Of a DNA stretch of 64,000 nt, positions 39,789 through 61,439 are shown in pieces. Origin of the DNA: an uncultured Gammaproteobacteria bacterium (GTDB lineage: Bacteria > Pseudomonadota > Gammaproteobacteria > UBA9214); the NCBI GenBank assembly GCA_963748215.1, contig CAVVHS010000009.1, positions 128,001-192,000 of the forward strand, written 5' to 3'. Under the pieces are notes generated by a model. It saw nothing but the letters and a program-made list of their open reading frames with translations. It had not been told where the DNA came from and searched no databases. A program made the position numbers and the translations under genes. Each line of letters opens with the position of its first letter. Within the stretch, counting starts at the first letter, position 1.

Positions 39789-40778
39789 ATGGCGGGTTTT
39801 CGCGCATATCGGATTCACGACCAGCACGGCACGGCGCGCCTGGAAACATTGCAGACAGAGGATCTTTCTGCGGGCGACGTGGTGATCCGTACGCGTTATT
39901 CCAGTGTCAACTACAAGGATGCGCTGGCCGCAACCGGCAAGGGTAAAATCATGCGCCGGTTTCCGCTGGTCGGCGGCGTCGACGTGGCCGGTATCGTCGA
40001 GCGGTCGGACGATGACCGGTTTGACGCCGGTGATGAAGTGCTGGTGACCGGCTGCGGTCTGGGCGAGAGCCACGACGGCGGCTTCGCGGAAACGGTGCGC
40101 GTCCCGGCCGACTGGGTGGTGCCCTTGCCGGCCGGTCTCTCGCTGCGCGACGCCATGGTGCTGGGCACCGCCGGCTTCAGTGCTGCACTGGCCATCGATC
40201 GCATGGAGCAGAACGGCCAGATGCCGAGCCTCGGGCCGGTGCTGGTGAGCGGTGCAAGCGGCGGTGTCGGCAGCGTCGCCATCGACCTGCTCAGCGGCGC
40301 CGGTTACGAGGTCGTCGCCCTGAGTCGCAAGCCGGACGTCGATGGCTACCTGGCGGCGCTGGGTGCGAGCCGGGTAATCGATGCCGGCAGCGTGGTGCAC
40401 GGCGATGCGCCGCTGGAAAAGGCGCTGTGGGGCGGGGCCGTGGATAACGTGGGCGGCGACACACTGGCCTGGCTGACGCGCACCGTCAGGCCATGGGGTA
40501 ATATTGCCAGTATCGGCCTGGCGGGCGGTGTGCAGCTCGATACCACGGTGATGCCGTTCATCCTGCGCGGTGTGAGCCTGCTTGGCATTACCTCGGCCAA
40601 CTGCCCGATGGAGCGGCGCCGCAAGATCTGGCAGCGGCTGGTCACCGACCTCAGGCCGCGCCACCTGGAACACATGGTGGCCGGCGTCGTCAGCCTCGAC
40701 GCATTGCCCGGCGTATTCGACCAGGTGCTGTCCGGGAACCATCGCGGTCGCTTTCTGGTCGCAGTCAACAACCCATAG
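39789..40778 (+). CDS. YhdH/AcuI-family NADPH oxidoreductase
   Basis: YSSVNYKDALA; GTAGF.AAL; GASGGVGS; TTVMPFILRGV.LLG. Confidence 0.9.
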   Translation: MAGFRAYRIHDQHGTARLETLQTEDLSAGDVVIRTRYSSVNYKDALAATGKGKIMRRFPLVGGVDVAGIVERSDDDRFDAGDEVLVTGCGLGESHDGGFAETVRVPADWVVPLPAGLSLRDAMVLGTAGFSAALAIDRMEQNGQMPSLGPVLVSGASGGVGSVAIDLLSGAGYEVVALSRKPDVDGYLAALGASRVIDAGSVVHGDAPLEKALWGGAVDNVGGDTLAWLTRTVRPWGNIASIGLAGGVQLDTTVMPFILRGVSLLGITSANCPMERRRKIWQRLVTDLRPRHLEHMVAGVVSLDALPGVFDQVLSGNHRGRFLVAVNNP

Positions 40779-40820
40779 CGCGTCACCGGCTTGTGGCCGC
40801 CATCAACAGGAGAACCGTCC

Positions 40821-41276
40821 ATGACACGAATCGTAATCACCGCTCTTGCCCTGAGCCTGCTGCTGGCTGGCTGCCAGTCCACCCTGACCGGGGACTATTA
40901 CTCGCGCGATGACGCGCGCCGTATCCAGACCGTGCAGTACGGCAGTGTCGAGGCGACACGCCCGGTGGTCATCGAGGGCACCAAGACACCGGTCGGTACG
41001 GTTGCGGGCGGTGCGGTTGGCGGCATCGCCGGCAGCACCGTGGGCGGTGGCAAGGGTTCGGCGGTCGCCGCCGTGGTCGGCGCCGTGGCCGGCGGCGTGG
41101 CCGGTGCGGCAGCCGAGGAAGGGCTTACCCGCCGCCAGGGCGTCGATATCACCGTGCGCCTGGACAGCGGCAGCATCATCTCCGTGGTACAGGAGCAAAC
41201 GCCGCAAGCCAGCTTCCGCGCCGGTGACCGCGTGCGCGTGCTGACTGTCAATGGCGAGACGCGGATCGCGCGCTAG
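40821..41276 (+). CDS. slyB: SlyB/Pcp-like glycine-zipper lipoprotein
   Basis: Lipobox LAGC; glycine zipper; VVQE...F..GDRV. Confidence 0.85.
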   Translation: MTRIVITALALSLLLAGCQSTLTGDYYSRDDARRIQTVQYGSVEATRPVVIEGTKTPVGTVAGGAVGGIAGSTVGGGKGSAVAAVVGAVAGGVAGAAAEEGLTRRQGVDITVRLDSGSIISVVQEQTPQASFRAGDRVRVLTVNGETRIAR

Positions 41277-41430
41277 GCGGTGAGTGCTTCGGAGTCCAGA
41301 TGCATTCATGCCGAAATCAGGCCGGATATGTGGCATAACCGCCTTAACCGGCGTGACGCAGTCAGGTCATGCCGGATTGCGGTGCTTTACACCTGATCCG
41401 ACCTGCGTCTATTGCAAGGGCGCAGAGATA

Positions 41431-41796
41431 TTATCGTTTGTCTTCTTTATCTCTCATACCGGCTTGTGCACGACCTGCCCGGTACGAGTCAATAATGCCG
41501 ACCAGCCACACAATGATCAGCACGGCATAGGCGCTCTGCAGGAGCAGGGAGCCGCTGTCCGCGGGTTGTCTTGCGAGTAATTCTGTAATGCCGGCGACAT
41601 CCGCTTGTATTTCGCCGCGCAGTATCTGATCGGTGATTTGCTGCGCCCTTGCCATTGTGCTGGAAATCACCGGGATCAGCGACGCCAGTGCGGCGCCGGC
41701 CAGTACCATGCCCCGTACCGGCAGCTTCAGGTAGAAATGGCCGAGGCCCGGAAATACGAAGGCCGATAACAATGCCGCTTTCATTGACTTGCTCAT
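41431..41796 (-). CDS. Small membrane protein
   Basis: AALLSAFVFPGLGHFYL; W...IIDSY. Confidence 0.75.
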   Translation of the reverse strand: MSKSMKAALLSAFVFPGLGHFYLKLPVRGMVLAGAALASLIPVISSTMARAQQITDQILRGEIQADVAGITELLARQPADSGSLLLQSAYAVLIIVWLVGIIDSYRAGRAQAGMRDKEDKR

Positions 41797-41903
41797 ACAT
41801 TACGCGCCGTAACACGGTGATTTGCGGAAAAACAGACAAGTGGAGTATAGGGAAATGAACGGCGGGGACGAGAGATTTTTTCTTCCGTCCGTCCCACTTA
41901 GCC

Positions 41904-41989
41904 GTCATACCCGCGAAGGCGAGTATCCAGGGTTTTTTGTGCCCCTGCTAGTCAGTGATTTACTGGATACCCGCCTTCGCGGGTATGGC
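41904..41989. repeat. Palindromic intergenic repeat pair
   Basis: GTCATACCCGCGAAGGCGAGTATCCAG...CTGGATACCCGCCTTCGCGGGTATGGC. Confidence 0.85.
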
Positions 41990-42398
41990 ATCATTGTTGT
42001 TCCGGAATTTCATGTCCATGTGCCGCTCAACACAATCCCATCACTGGAATAGCCGCATTCAATCAGCTCTCCTGGTGATTATGTGGGACAGCAGTGCATC
42101 CGCCCCTTGTTTTCCGCCGGCTATTCTTCCCGTCAGGTGTAATGTACAGGGAGAAGGTGAGACCATTATTATACGGGCATAGTACGGGTCGGGAAGCTCG
42201 CCCGGGACATGTACAAGTGCCGCGCCAGGGCAGGGAAGCCCGTAGCGGCTTCGCGGAGTGCTCCTGCAGGTCTCTTCCATGTCAGCGGAAAGATATTGAA
42301 CCTCTGTGGCCCCGGTGTACGCGGTGGCGCTGTGTTCTCTGCGGCTTCGCGTCTCTGCGCGAGGTTGATTTGATCCGGAAGGAATGTTCAATCGCCAA

Positions 42399-42938
42399 AT
42401 GAAACTCGGAACCCTCCCCGATTACCTCAAACCCGGCCTCGACATCGTCGCTATCGGTCTCAACCCGTCGCTGCCGTCGGTGCATGCCGGTTTCTATTTC
42501 GCCAACCCGCGCAATCGCTTCTGGCGCGCGCTGAATGCCAGCGGCCTGTTGCAGGCGCCGGTCGAGCCAGGTATCGAGGCCATGCAACGGGTGTTCGAGC
42601 GCGACGGCATCGGATTTACCGACGTGGTGAAACGCCCGACGGCCGGCGGTAGCGAATTGCGCGCGGCCGACTACCGCACCTGGGCACCGATACTTAAAGA
42701 GAAGCTTGAACAATTCGCGCCACGTATCGCCTGGTTCCAGGGCAAGCAGGCCTGCCGGAATTACTTCAGGTACGGCGAAGCGATGTGCGTGTCGCTCGAC
42801 TGGGGTCTGCAGCCGTTTTCGATTGGTGCCAGCCGGGTTTTCGTGACGCCGAACCCCAGTCCTGCCAATGCGGCCTATGCGCTGGATGAATTGACAGACT
42901 GGATGCGCCGGCTTGCGGCATTGCGTGCGCAGTTATAG
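42399..42938 (+). CDS. mug: Mismatch-specific uracil-DNA glycosylase
   Basis: GLNPS; FANPRNRFW; PNPS. Confidence 0.9.
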   Translation: MKLGTLPDYLKPGLDIVAIGLNPSLPSVHAGFYFANPRNRFWRALNASGLLQAPVEPGIEAMQRVFERDGIGFTDVVKRPTAGGSELRAADYRTWAPILKEKLEQFAPRIAWFQGKQACRNYFRYGEAMCVSLDWGLQPFSIGASRVFVTPNPSPANAAYALDELTDWMRRLAALRAQL

Positions 42939-43096
42939 CGGAGGTGGCGATGTTTCCCTGCCGCGGGCCCGCTGGCTGGTAACGGCGAATTCACCTGCCC
43001 GGAGTCGGGGAATTGGCGTCCGGTTCCGGGTATCGACAGGCGTTTCGCAGGCCGTGATCTATACTCGTACTGACACAGTCTGCGGAGGAAGTGGGT

Positions 43097-43573
43097 ATGG
43101 CGATCGCATCCACAATATCGAATTACCTGGCCGAGCATGGGGTCGAGTACGACATCCTTTCACACCCGCATACCTCGACCAGCGGAGAGAGTGCGCAGGC
43201 CTCGCACATCCCCGGCAGCCGGCTTGCCAAGTCGGTGATCCTGGAGGATGACCTGGGTTACGTAATGGTGGTGCTGCCGGCAAGCCGTCAGGTCGATCTC
43301 GGCGAGTTGCATCGCCAGATGAACCGTAACCTCGGGCTGGCTACAGAGAGCGAGCTCGGGCGGCTGTTCCGGGACTGCGAGATCGGTGCGCTGCCGGCGC
43401 TGGGTCCGGCCTATGGGATCGAAACCCTGGTCGATGACCTGATTGCTGAACAACCGGATATCTATTTCGAGGCGGGTGACCACGAGCAGCTGATCCATGT
43501 CAGCGCCGAGGTATTCAATATGCTGCTGGGCGAACGGGCCGGGCATGGGCGTTTTTGCCACAAACCAGTATAG
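43097..43573 (+). CDS. YbaK/ProX-family aminoacyl-tRNA deacylase
   Basis: LAKSVIL; F.DCE.GA.P..G; YFEAG.H. Confidence 0.88.
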   Translation: MAIASTISNYLAEHGVEYDILSHPHTSTSGESAQASHIPGSRLAKSVILEDDLGYVMVVLPASRQVDLGELHRQMNRNLGLATESELGRLFRDCEIGALPALGPAYGIETLVDDLIAEQPDIYFEAGDHEQLIHVSAEVFNMLLGERAGHGRFCHKPV

Positions 43574-43593
43574 CTAACTGAATAATATATAAA

Positions 43594-44103
43594 TTATTGT
43601 CCGATGGCGTGGGCGTCCCAGTCCGGGCTGGTGCTGCTGGTGGCTGCCGGGTGGTGGCGCTGGATCTCCTCTTCGACTTCGTGGGCACGGGGTTCGGGGA
43701 CATCGACGACCAGCAGGATCTCGCCGTGCGCGACGGCATCGCGGAACTCGTTTAATTCCTTGTTGGCGGTGCTGTTCAGGTAGAGTCCAGTCAGAAAGTT
43801 GGCGGCCATGATAGCCACCGGCAGCAGCAGCCACCAGCTCAGTCCGACGAACACCGGTGCCAGGAATGTCGCGACCACGGCGACGGCAAAGCAGACGGTA
43901 TTGGTATTCCAGGCCAGCTGTTGTACCGAGCTGGTTCCGGTACCTGATCCGCGGGCGGGTAACCCGGGCAGGCCGTCCATGCGGGTATGCTGGTCACCAA
44001 TGGCGTGCATATGGTCTATGCCGATGCCATGTCCGACCAGGTCATCAACGACGGCGAGGGCCTGCGCCCGGTCAGGTATCAGGAAATACAGCCTCCGTTC
44101 CAT
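43594..44103 (-). CDS. Hypothetical 2-TM membrane protein
   Basis: RRLYFLIPD; two hydrophobic helices; G.ILLVVDVP; GAGGGG RBS. Confidence 0.78.
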   Translation of the reverse strand: MERRLYFLIPDRAQALAVVDDLVGHGIGIDHMHAIGDQHTRMDGLPGLPARGSGTGTSSVQQLAWNTNTVCFAVAVVATFLAPVFVGLSWWLLLPVAIMAANFLTGLYLNSTANKELNEFRDAVAHGEILLVVDVPEPRAHEVEEEIQRHHPAATSSTSPDWDAHAIGQ

Positions 44104-44286
44104 CGCAAATCCCCTCTTATTTGTATGATAAACATCAGCATGGCTGTTATACGGGCGACTCGTCCTGCTACAGGATATGATTACGCGCGGTCATCCCTGT
44201 GAATAGCCGTCTTCCCTGTAAATGCAACCCGGCGCAGGCAAGATACTAACGTGGGGCATTACCTGCATTCAATCGCGGTATGCCTG

Positions 44287-44315
44287 TTGACTCTTGCATG
44301 AGCCTGCAAGACAAT
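44287..44315 (+). promoter_or_regulatory. Sigma-70 promoter of the tRNA-tuf operon
   Basis: TTGACT-N17-GACAAT plus GC-rich discriminator. Confidence 0.7.
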
Positions 44316-44332
44316 AGCGGGCTTGCATTTTT

Positions 44333-44417
44333 GGAGGGGTTCCCGAGTGGTCAAAGGGATCAGACTGTAAATCTGACGGCTCAGCCTTCGGAGGTTCAAA
44401 TCCTCCCCCCTCCACCA
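44333..44417 (+). tRNA. tRNA-Tyr(GTA)
   Basis: Cloverleaf, CTGTAAA anticodon loop, long variable arm, CCA. Confidence 0.97.
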
Positions 44418-44473
44418 GATGTTGTTGGATAGCAGGGTCAGGCAGTCATGCCTGGCGTCGGATTTTGTGACAG

Positions 44474-44547
<74 letters not shown>

Positions 44548-44564
44548 GTAAGACAGGGTTTATT

Positions 44565-44640
<76 letters not shown>

Positions 44641-44720
44641 TACCGTTAAGCAGGGTTGGACCAGTTGCAGGCTGTATATATTAAGGTAACACGCACAAAC
44701 CGTAAGGGGAGCCAGGCGCG

Positions 44721-45913
44721 ATGTCAAAGGAAAAATTTGAACGAACGAAGCCGCACGTGAATGTGGGAACGATTGGACACGTGGATCACGGGAAGACGAC
44801 GTTGACGGCGGCGATCACGAAGGTGATGGCGGAGCTGCGCGGTGGCGAATTCAAGGCCTATGACCAGATTGACAATGCACCGGAAGAACGTGCGCGCGGC
44901 ATTACGATTGCGACGGCGCACGTGGAGTACGAGTCGGAGGCGCGTCACTATGCGCACGTGGACTGTCCGGGGCATGCGGATTATGTGAAGAACATGATCA
45001 CGGGTGCGGCGCAGATGGACGGTGCGATTCTGGTGGTGAGTGCGGCGGACGGTCCGATGCCGCAGACGCGCGAGCACATATTGCTGACGTCGTCAGGTCG
45101 GTGTTCCGTACATTCTGGTGTACATGAACAAGGCGGACATGGTTGACGATGCGGAGCTTCTGGAGCTGGTGGAGATGGAGATCCGGGAGTTGCTGGACAA
45201 GTATGATTTTCCGGGGGATGACACGCCGATTGTGACGGGATCTGCGCTGAAGGCGCTGGAGGGTGACACGAGCGACATTGGTGTGCCGTCGATTGTGAAG
45301 CTGGTTGAGGAGATGGATCGTTACATTCCGGAGCCGGAGCGTGCGATAGACGGTGGTTTTTTGATGCCGGTGGAGGATGTATTTTCGATTTCGGGCCGTG
45401 GCACGGTGGTAACGGGACGTATCGAGCGCGGGATTGTGAAGGTCGGCGACGAGATCGAGATTGTGGGTATCAACGCCGACGATGAAGACGACGTGCACGG
45501 GTGTGGAGATGTTCCGCAAGTTGCTGGACCAGGGGCAGGCGGGTGACAACGTGGGTGTATTGCTGCGCGGCACGAAGCGCGAGGAAGTGGAGCGTGGACA
45601 GGTGTTGTGCAAGCCGGGCAGCATCAAGCCGCACACGAAGTTCGAGTGCGAGGTGTACGTGCTGAGCAAGGAAGAGGGTGGTCGTCACACGCCGTTTTTC
45701 AGCAATTACCGACCGCAGTTTTATTTCCGCACGACGGACGTGACGGGTGCGGTGGATTTGCCGGAAGGTGTGGAGATGGTGATGCCGGGTGACAACGTGA
45801 AGATGACGGTGTCGCTGATTGCGCCGATTGCGATGGAAGACGGGCTGCGCTTCGCGATTCGCGAAGGCGGCCGCACCGTCGGTGCCGGCGTGGTGTCGAA
45901 GATTATCGAGTAA
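44721..45913 (+). CDS. tuf: Elongation factor Tu (copy 1; two apparent +1 indels)
   Basis: Near-identical to 61440-62630 apart from extra bases at ~45088 and ~45475. Confidence 0.95.
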
Positions 45914-45931
45914 CGGGTTTGACGGGTATCT

Positions 45932-46007
45932 AGGCCAGTAGCTCAATTGGCAGAGCGGCGGTCTCCAAAACCGCAGGTTGGGGGTTCGATTCCCTCCTGG
46001 CCTGCCA
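45932..46007 (+). tRNA. tRNA-Trp(CCA)
   Basis: CTCCAAA loop, GGTTCGATTCC, CCA end. Confidence 0.97.
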
Positions 46008-46088
46008 TTAAGGCAGACCGGTCAGAACCCGTCATGATGGCGCATACAGGAAGCTGGACTCAGGGGCGCGACCCCGCTTATTCATCAT

Positions 46089-46466
46089 ATGAATGCAAAG
46101 GTTGAAACAGAAGTTAGCCGGTTCGACGGCCTGAAGTTAACGCTGGCGGTACTGTTGCTGGCCGGCGGTATCGGGGCTTTCTACTACTTCGAGGACCAGT
46201 TGCTGGTGGTGCGCGTGCTCGGCCTGCTCGCGGTTGCGGGCGTTGCCGTGTTCATCGCGGCGCAGTCCAGCATGGGCAGGGGCGTGCTCGGTTTCGTGAC
46301 CGGCGCGCAGTCCGAGGTGCGGCGCGTGGTCTGGCCGACGCGTGCGGAAACCGTGCAGACCACTCTGGCCGTGTTGTTTATCGTGTTGCTGGTCGGTATA
46401 GCCCTGTGGTTGCTGGACATGGTCCTGCTCTGGGCAATCAAGTTGCTGACTGGCCAGGGAGGCTGA
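46089..46466 (+). CDS. secE: Preprotein translocase SecE
   Basis: Three TMs; EVRRVVWPT. Confidence 0.96.
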   Translation: MNAKVETEVSRFDGLKLTLAVLLLAGGIGAFYYFEDQLLVVRVLGLLAVAGVAVFIAAQSSMGRGVLGFVTGAQSEVRRVVWPTRAETVQTTLAVLFIVLLVGIALWLLDMVLLWAIKLLTGQGG

Positions 46467-46468
46467 CG

Positions 46469-47002
46469 ATGTCATTTCAGTGGTATGTCGTACAGGCCTA
46501 TTCGGGGTTTGAGAACCAGGTCAAGCGTGCGCTGGAAGAACGCATTGCACGCGCCCAGATGCAGGATGCATTCGGCGACATCCTGGTGCCGACCGAGGAA
46601 GTGGTCGAGATGCGCGAGGGCGCAAAGCGCAAGAGCGAGCGCAAGTTCTTCCCGGGCTATGTGCTGGTGCAGATGGACATGAACGAGGACACCTGGCACC
46701 TGGTCAAGGATGCGCCCAAGGTGCTTGGCTTTATCGGCGGAACCAGCGATCGCCCCGCGCCGATCACCCAGCGCGAGGCCGATGCCATCCTGCAGCGCGT
46801 GCAGGAAGGCGCGGAGAAGCCGCGGCCGAAGGTGCTGTTCGAGGTCGGCGAGGTGGTGCGCGTCACCGACGGACCGTTCAACGACTTCAATGGCGTGGTG
46901 GAAGAAGTCAATTATGAAAAGAGCCGGCTGCGGGTCTCGGTCCTGATCTTCGGTCGCTCGACGCCGGTTGAACTGGAGTTCGGCCAGGTGGAGAAGGCTT
47001 AG
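46469..47002 (+). CDS. nusG: Transcription factor NusG
   Basis: [11 protein letters not shown]; FFPGYVLV; [10 protein letters not shown]. Confidence 0.98.
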   Translation: MSFQWYVVQAYSGFENQVKRALEERIARAQMQDAFGDILVPTEEVVEMREGAKRKSERKFFPGYVLVQMDMNEDTWHLVKDAPKVLGFIGGTSDRPAPITQREADAILQRVQEGAEKPRPKVLFEVGEVVRVTDGPFNDFNGVVEEVNYEKSRLRVSVLIFGRSTPVELEFGQVEKA

Positions 47003-47010
47003 CACGAACC

Positions 47011-47074
47011 GGGGACAGATCTTTAGCTCTGTCCCCTTAGAGGAAAAAGGGGTCAGAACTGAAGTTCTGACCCC
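47011..47074. repeat. Pair of GGGGWCAG-type palindromes
   Basis: GGGGACAGA...TCTGTCCCC and GGGGTCAGAACT..AGTTCTGACCCC. Confidence 0.75.
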
Positions 47075-47129
47075 GGCCGGGATGTAACAACAGGGGAGCC
47101 GCGAGGCGCTTGTACCCACAGGAGTAACC

Positions 47130-47558
47130 ATGGCAAAGAAAATAGAGGCTTATATCAAGCTGCAGGTGCCTGCCGGTGCTGCCAACCCGAGTCCGCCGGT
47201 CGGCCCGGCGCTGGGTCAGCACGGCGTCAATATCATGGAGTTCTGCAAGGCGTTCAACGCGCAGACGCAGAGCCTGGAGAAGAATCTTCCGATCCCGGTG
47301 GTCATCACGGTCTACAGTGATCGCAGTTTTACCTTCATCACCAAGACGCCTCCGGCCTCGGTGCTGCTGCGGAAAATCGCCGGTGTCCCGAAGGGTTCGA
47401 GCACACCAAACACCGTCAAGGTCGGCAGCGTGACACGCGCCCAGCTGGAAGAGGTCGCCACCACCAAGATGCCTGACCTGAACGCCGCGGACATGGATGC
47501 GGCTGTGCGTATCATTGCCGGAAGTGCCCGCAGTATGGGCCTTGATGTGAAGGAGTAA
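47130..47558 (+). CDS. rplK: 50S ribosomal protein L11
   Basis: [23 protein letters not shown]. Confidence 0.98.
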   Translation: MAKKIEAYIKLQVPAGAANPSPPVGPALGQHGVNIMEFCKAFNAQTQSLEKNLPIPVVITVYSDRSFTFITKTPPASVLLRKIAGVPKGSSTPNTVKVGSVTRAQLEEVATTKMPDLNAADMDAAVRIIAGSARSMGLDVKE

Positions 47559-47564
47559 GCGATC

Positions 47565-48260
47565 ATGGCCAAACTGACAAAACGGGCAAAAACCATCCTG
47601 GAAAAGATCGAGCACGGCAGACAGTATCCGATCGACGATGCCCTGCGCCTGCTGCAGGATCTGTCCAGCGTGAAGTTCAAGGAATCGGTTGATGTCAGCG
47701 TCAACCTCGGTATCGATCCGCGCAAGTCCGACCAGGTCGTGCGCGGCGCCACCGTACTGCCGAACGGCACCGGCAAGACCGTGCGTGTTGCCGTATTCAC
47801 GCAGGGCGCGAACGCCGAAGCCGCGAAGGCCGCCGGCGCCGATATCGTGGGCTTTGAAGACCTGGCGGAACAGGTAAAGAAAGGCGTCATGGACTTCGAT
47901 GTCGTGATCGCCTCGCCTGACGCCATGCGCGTGGTCGGTGCGCTGGGCCAGATCCTGGGCCCGCGCGGCCTGATGCCGAACCCGAAAGTCGGCACGGTAA
48001 CGCCGGACGTTGCTACCGCGGTGAAGAACGCCAAGGCCGGCCAGGTGCGCTACCGCGCCGACAAGGCGGGCATTATCCACTGCGCTATCGGTCGCGTCGA
48101 TTTCGAGATCAACGCCCTGAAGGAGAACCTCGACGCACTGCTGGCGGACCTGAACAAGGTCAAGCCGGCGTCCGCCAAGGGCGTGTATATGAAGAAGGTA
48201 TCGGTCTCGACAACCATGGGGCCGGGGCTCCAGGTCGACCAGGCGACCCTGAGTTTGTAG
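47565..48260 (+). CDS. rplA: 50S ribosomal protein L1
   Basis: [16 protein letters not shown]. Confidence 0.98.
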   Translation: MAKLTKRAKTILEKIEHGRQYPIDDALRLLQDLSSVKFKESVDVSVNLGIDPRKSDQVVRGATVLPNGTGKTVRVAVFTQGANAEAAKAAGADIVGFEDLAEQVKKGVMDFDVVIASPDAMRVVGALGQILGPRGLMPNPKVGTVTPDVATAVKNAKAGQVRYRADKAGIIHCAIGRVDFEINALKENLDALLADLNKVKPASAKGVYMKKVSVSTTMGPGLQVDQATLSL

Positions 48261-48340
48261 GTTTGTATTCACACCCTTCCCCGCGGGGAAGGGTGAAAAG
48301 GAATTTGGCGCGAATGTCGTACCGGTAGGTGCGACGAGTA

Positions 48341-48417
48341 GCCGTCAAAGACCGCAGGTACGCGGCGTGAGTCGTGTTTAATTGTCTGCCACCGGCAGGC
48401 GGCCTGCGCAGAGGGTG
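48341..48417 (+). promoter_or_regulatory. L10 leader autoregulatory RNA
   Basis: CCGTCAAAGACCGCAGG...TTAAT...CCTGCGCAGAGGG upstream of rplJ. Confidence 0.8.
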
Positions 48418-48552
48418 AGCGCATGACAGTATATCGACCCTGTCTGTAGATCACCAAACGAGTGCGCCGGGCAATTGCCGGCGTGATGTCAATAAACGGG
48501 AAGGAATCATGCGGGCGCGTCCCGGGTGTGACTTCCTGAAGAGGTAAACACA

Positions 48553-49080
48553 ATGGCGTTAACTCTTGAAGAGAAAAAGGCTGTTGTTGCTGAAGTAGCC
48601 GAGGTTGCCAAAGGGGCGTTCTCGGCCGTTGCCGCGGAGTACTGCGGACTGACGGTCGAGCAGCTGACCAGCCTGCGAGTCAAGGCGCGTGAAGACAATG
48701 TCTACCTGCGCGTCGTGAAGAATACGCTGGCCCGCCGTGCCCTGGAAGGTACTGACTTCGCATGCATGAGCGAGCGGCTGACCGGCCCGCTGATCCTGGC
48801 GTTTTCGCAGGAGGATCCGGGTGCGGCCGCGCGCGTGACCAAGGACTTTGCCAAGGCAAACGACAAGTTCAAGGTCACCATGCTGTCCGTCGGCGGTGAA
48901 CTGCTTGAGCCAACCGAGATCGACAAGCTGGCCAAGCTCCCGACCCGCGACCAGGCGATCAGCATGCTGATGTCCGTGATGCAGGCCCCGATCACCAAGT
49001 TCGTCCAGACCCTCAACGAGGTCCCGGGCAAGCTGGTGCGTACCGTGGCAGCAGTGCGAGACGCCAAGCAGGCAGCATAA
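48553..49080 (+). CDS. rplJ: 50S ribosomal protein L10
   Basis: VVKNTLARRA; LAKLPT. Confidence 0.98.
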   Translation: MALTLEEKKAVVAEVAEVAKGAFSAVAAEYCGLTVEQLTSLRVKAREDNVYLRVVKNTLARRALEGTDFACMSERLTGPLILAFSQEDPGAAARVTKDFAKANDKFKVTMLSVGGELLEPTEIDKLAKLPTRDQAISMLMSVMQAPITKFVQTLNEVPGKLVRTVAAVRDAKQAA

Positions 49081-49123
49081 CCACATTTAATTTATTCAAA
49101 GATTACAGACAGGAGTATTCGAA

Positions 49124-49501
49124 ATGGCCGTTTCACAAGAAGAGATTCTGGAAACAATTGCAAACATGTCGGTGATGGACGTTGTTGGTCTGATCTCTGC
49201 CATGGAAGAGAAATTCGGCGTGTCCGCTGCCGCCGCCGTCGCGGTTGCCGCACCGGCTGCAGGTGGTGAAGCCGCCGCTGCGGAAGAGCAGACAGAGTTC
49301 GACGTCGTGATGACCAGCTTCGGCGAAAACAAGGTTGGCGTCATCAAGGCCGTCCGCGCGATCACCGGCCTGGGCCTGAAGGAAGCCAAGGACATGGTGG
49401 AAGGTGCACCGTCGACCGTGAAGGAAGCTGCCTCCAAGGACGACGCCGCCGACATCAAGAAACAGCTTGAGGACGCTGGCGCTACCGTAGAGCTTAAATA
49501 A
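49124..49501 (+). CDS. rplL: 50S ribosomal protein L7/L12
   Basis: [10 protein letters not shown]; GLGLKEAK. Confidence 0.98.
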   Translation: MAVSQEEILETIANMSVMDVVGLISAMEEKFGVSAAAAVAVAAPAAGGEAAAAEEQTEFDVVMTSFGENKVGVIKAVRAITGLGLKEAKDMVEGAPSTVKEAASKDDAADIKKQLEDAGATVELK

Positions 49502-49700
49502 GCGGGTCGCGCGTAATCGATTTGTGATTACAGCAAACCCGGGAATACAGGAAGGGCTGGACGCAGGACATGCGTCCGGCCTGTTCCTGCTTGTTGAATA
49601 TGAAAGGACGCTGCACGTTATGTGCAGCGCCTGTCCGTGCCTGGCGCCAGACGCGCGGCACTGACACAGCTTTCTTCATCTTTACTGGAGAGGAAAACCG

Positions 49701-53950
<4,250 letters not shown>

Positions 53951-54023
53951 CAACTGGAACATGCAACAGGAATATCAGCAGCCGGTTCGCCGGTAACGCG
54001 ACACTCCACGTGCAGGAGAGACG

Positions 54024-58253
<4,230 letters not shown>

Positions 58254-58262
58254 AAATCAACC

Positions 58263-58291
58263 TTGACAGGGCAGTGCCCTGCTTCTAAAAT
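58263..58291 (+). promoter_or_regulatory. Sigma-70 promoter of the str operon
   Basis: TTGACA-N17-TAAAAT. Confidence 0.85.
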
Positions 58292-58302
58292 TCCGCTCCT
58301 TT

Positions 58303-58337
58303 CGACAGGCCGGTCCTACCGGCCTGTCGTTTGTTTT
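58303..58337 (+). terminator. Intrinsic terminator-like hairpin after rpoC
   Basis: CGACAGGCCGGT/ACCGGCCTGTCG followed by TTTGTTTT. Confidence 0.75.
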
Positions 58338-58383
58338 CAGCTACAGAATAATTTCGATCTAATTCTCGGGGTTTTGTTGAGTA

Positions 58384-58758
58384 ATGGCCACAATCAATCA
58401 ATTAGTACGCAAGCCGCGCTCCCGTAAACGGGAAAAAAGTACCGTCCCGGCGCTGGAGGCCTGTCCCCAGAAGCGCGGTGTCTGCACGCGCGTCTATACC
58501 ACGACCCCGAAGAAGCCGAACTCGGCGCTGCGCAAGGTCGCGCGCGTGCGGCTGACCAACGGTTTCGAGGTCACCACATATATCGGTGGTGAGGGTCACA
58601 ACCTGCAGGAGCACTCGGTGGTGCTGATCCGCGGCGGCCGTGTCAAGGATTTGCCGGGTGTGCGTTACCACACCGTGCGCGGCAGCCTCGACACCTCCGG
58701 CGTCACCAGTCGCCGCCAGGGCCGCTCCAAGTACGGTGCCAAGCGCCCGAAGTCATAG
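58384..58758 (+). CDS. rpsL: 30S ribosomal protein S12
   Basis: [11 protein letters not shown]; GRVKDLPGV. Confidence 0.99.
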   Translation: MATINQLVRKPRSRKREKSTVPALEACPQKRGVCTRVYTTTPKKPNSALRKVARVRLTNGFEVTTYIGGEGHNLQEHSVVLIRGGRVKDLPGVRYHTVRGSLDTSGVTSRRQGRSKYGAKRPKS

Positions 58759-58787
58759 TCCAGGTCGAACAACGAACAGCGATTTGA

Positions 58788-59267
<480 letters not shown>

Positions 59268-59305
59268 GCAGACGCCAGAATATTACAGACGAGCAGGATA
59301 CGACC

Positions 59306-61403
<2,098 letters not shown>

Positions 61404-61439
61404 GCTTTTTTAATCTGACGAACATAGAGGAATACAGTC

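Noticed and set aside
41822-42402. Short ORFs in the 41.8-42.4 kb gap (e.g. WIPAFAGM)
   Set aside because: They are translations of palindromic repeats and are not supported as genes
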